Of a stretch of 64,000 bases of DNA, positions 63,430-64,000 are shown one piece after another. The position numbers were made by a program, and so were the translations under genes. The stretch spans positions 4,898,001 to 4,962,000 of the forward strand of contig NC_086108.1 in NCBI RefSeq assembly GCF_963921235.1, given 5' to 3'. The notes beneath the pieces are model-generated. The model saw only the letters and a list, made by a program, of their open reading frames with translations, ran no database searches and was not told the DNA's origin. Positions within the stretch are counted from its first letter, which is position 1. Each line of letters starts with the position of its first letter. Source of the DNA: Mobula hypostoma. Lineage: Eukaryota.

Positions 63430-63880
63430 GTGACAGAGTTACAGAGAAAGGCTGAATAGGTTAGGACTTTATTCCTTGGAGCGTAGAAGAATGAGGGGAG
63501 ATTTGATAGAGGTATATAAAATTATGATGGGTATAGATAGAGTGAATGCAAGCAGGCTTTTTCCACTGAGGCAAGGGGAGAAAAAAACCAGAGGACATGG
63601 GTTAAGAGTGAACGGGGAAAAGTTTAAAGGGAACATGGGGGAGGGCTTTTTCACACAGAGAGTGGTGGGAGTGTGGAATGAGCTGCCAAATGAAGTGGTA
63701 AATGCGGGCTCACTTTTAACATTTAAGAAAAAAATTGACAGGTACATGGATGAGAGGTGTATGGAATGGTATGGTCCGTGTGCAGGTCAGTGGGACTAGG
63801 CAGAAAAATGGTTCAGCACAGCCAAGAAGGGCCAAAAGGCCTGTTCCTGTGCTGTAAAGTTCTATGGTTCTATGGCTCTA
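63430..63880 (+). mobile_element. CR1 LINE 3' end
   Basis: RRMRGDLIEVYKIM...FFTQRVVGVWNELP and a (ttctatgg)n tail. Confidence 0.88.
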
Positions 63881-64000
63881 AAATAAGCTTCCATAAGTCC
63901 ATAAGATATAGAAGCACAATTAGGCCACTCAGCCCATTTCATCATGCCTGATTTATTATTCTTCTCAATCCGATTCTTTTGCCTTCTCCACCACCATGAC

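Noticed and set aside
1..64000. CRISPR array, prokaryotic operon or defence system
   Set aside because: The sequence is eukaryotic repeat-rich DNA with no regularly spaced repeat-spacer array. The short ORFs in the track are transposon remnants or noise.

Overview
Repeat-dense vertebrate genomic DNA, probably from a cartilaginous fish (inferred from the mix of CR1, Rex/Babar, V-SINE and Penelope repeats). No intact host exon could be identified, so the window is probably intronic or intergenic. The standout is a Ty3/Gypsy LTR retrotransposon at 36336-44207 with paired LTRs, PBS, gag, protease and PPT, whose RT/RNaseH/integrase region is replaced by an intronless SUDS3 (Sin3/HDAC corepressor subunit SDS3) cDNA fused in frame to the protease. 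This is an LTR-mediated gene capture, now decayed and carrying nested insertions of a near full-length CR1 LINE and a tRNA-SINE. Also present are two full-length decayed Tc1 (DD34E) transposons, a PIF/Harbinger non-autonomous element, hAT and Tc1 MITEs, an RTE LINE with a solo LTR inside it, a 5'-inverted L1 insertion, many Penelope-like pLTR fragments with minimal hammerhead ribozyme motifs, and two RLE-type (HERO-like) LINE 3' ends whose UTR looks like a non-circularly permuted hammerhead. Family assignments come from recalled motifs, not database searches, and boundaries of old repeats are approximate.
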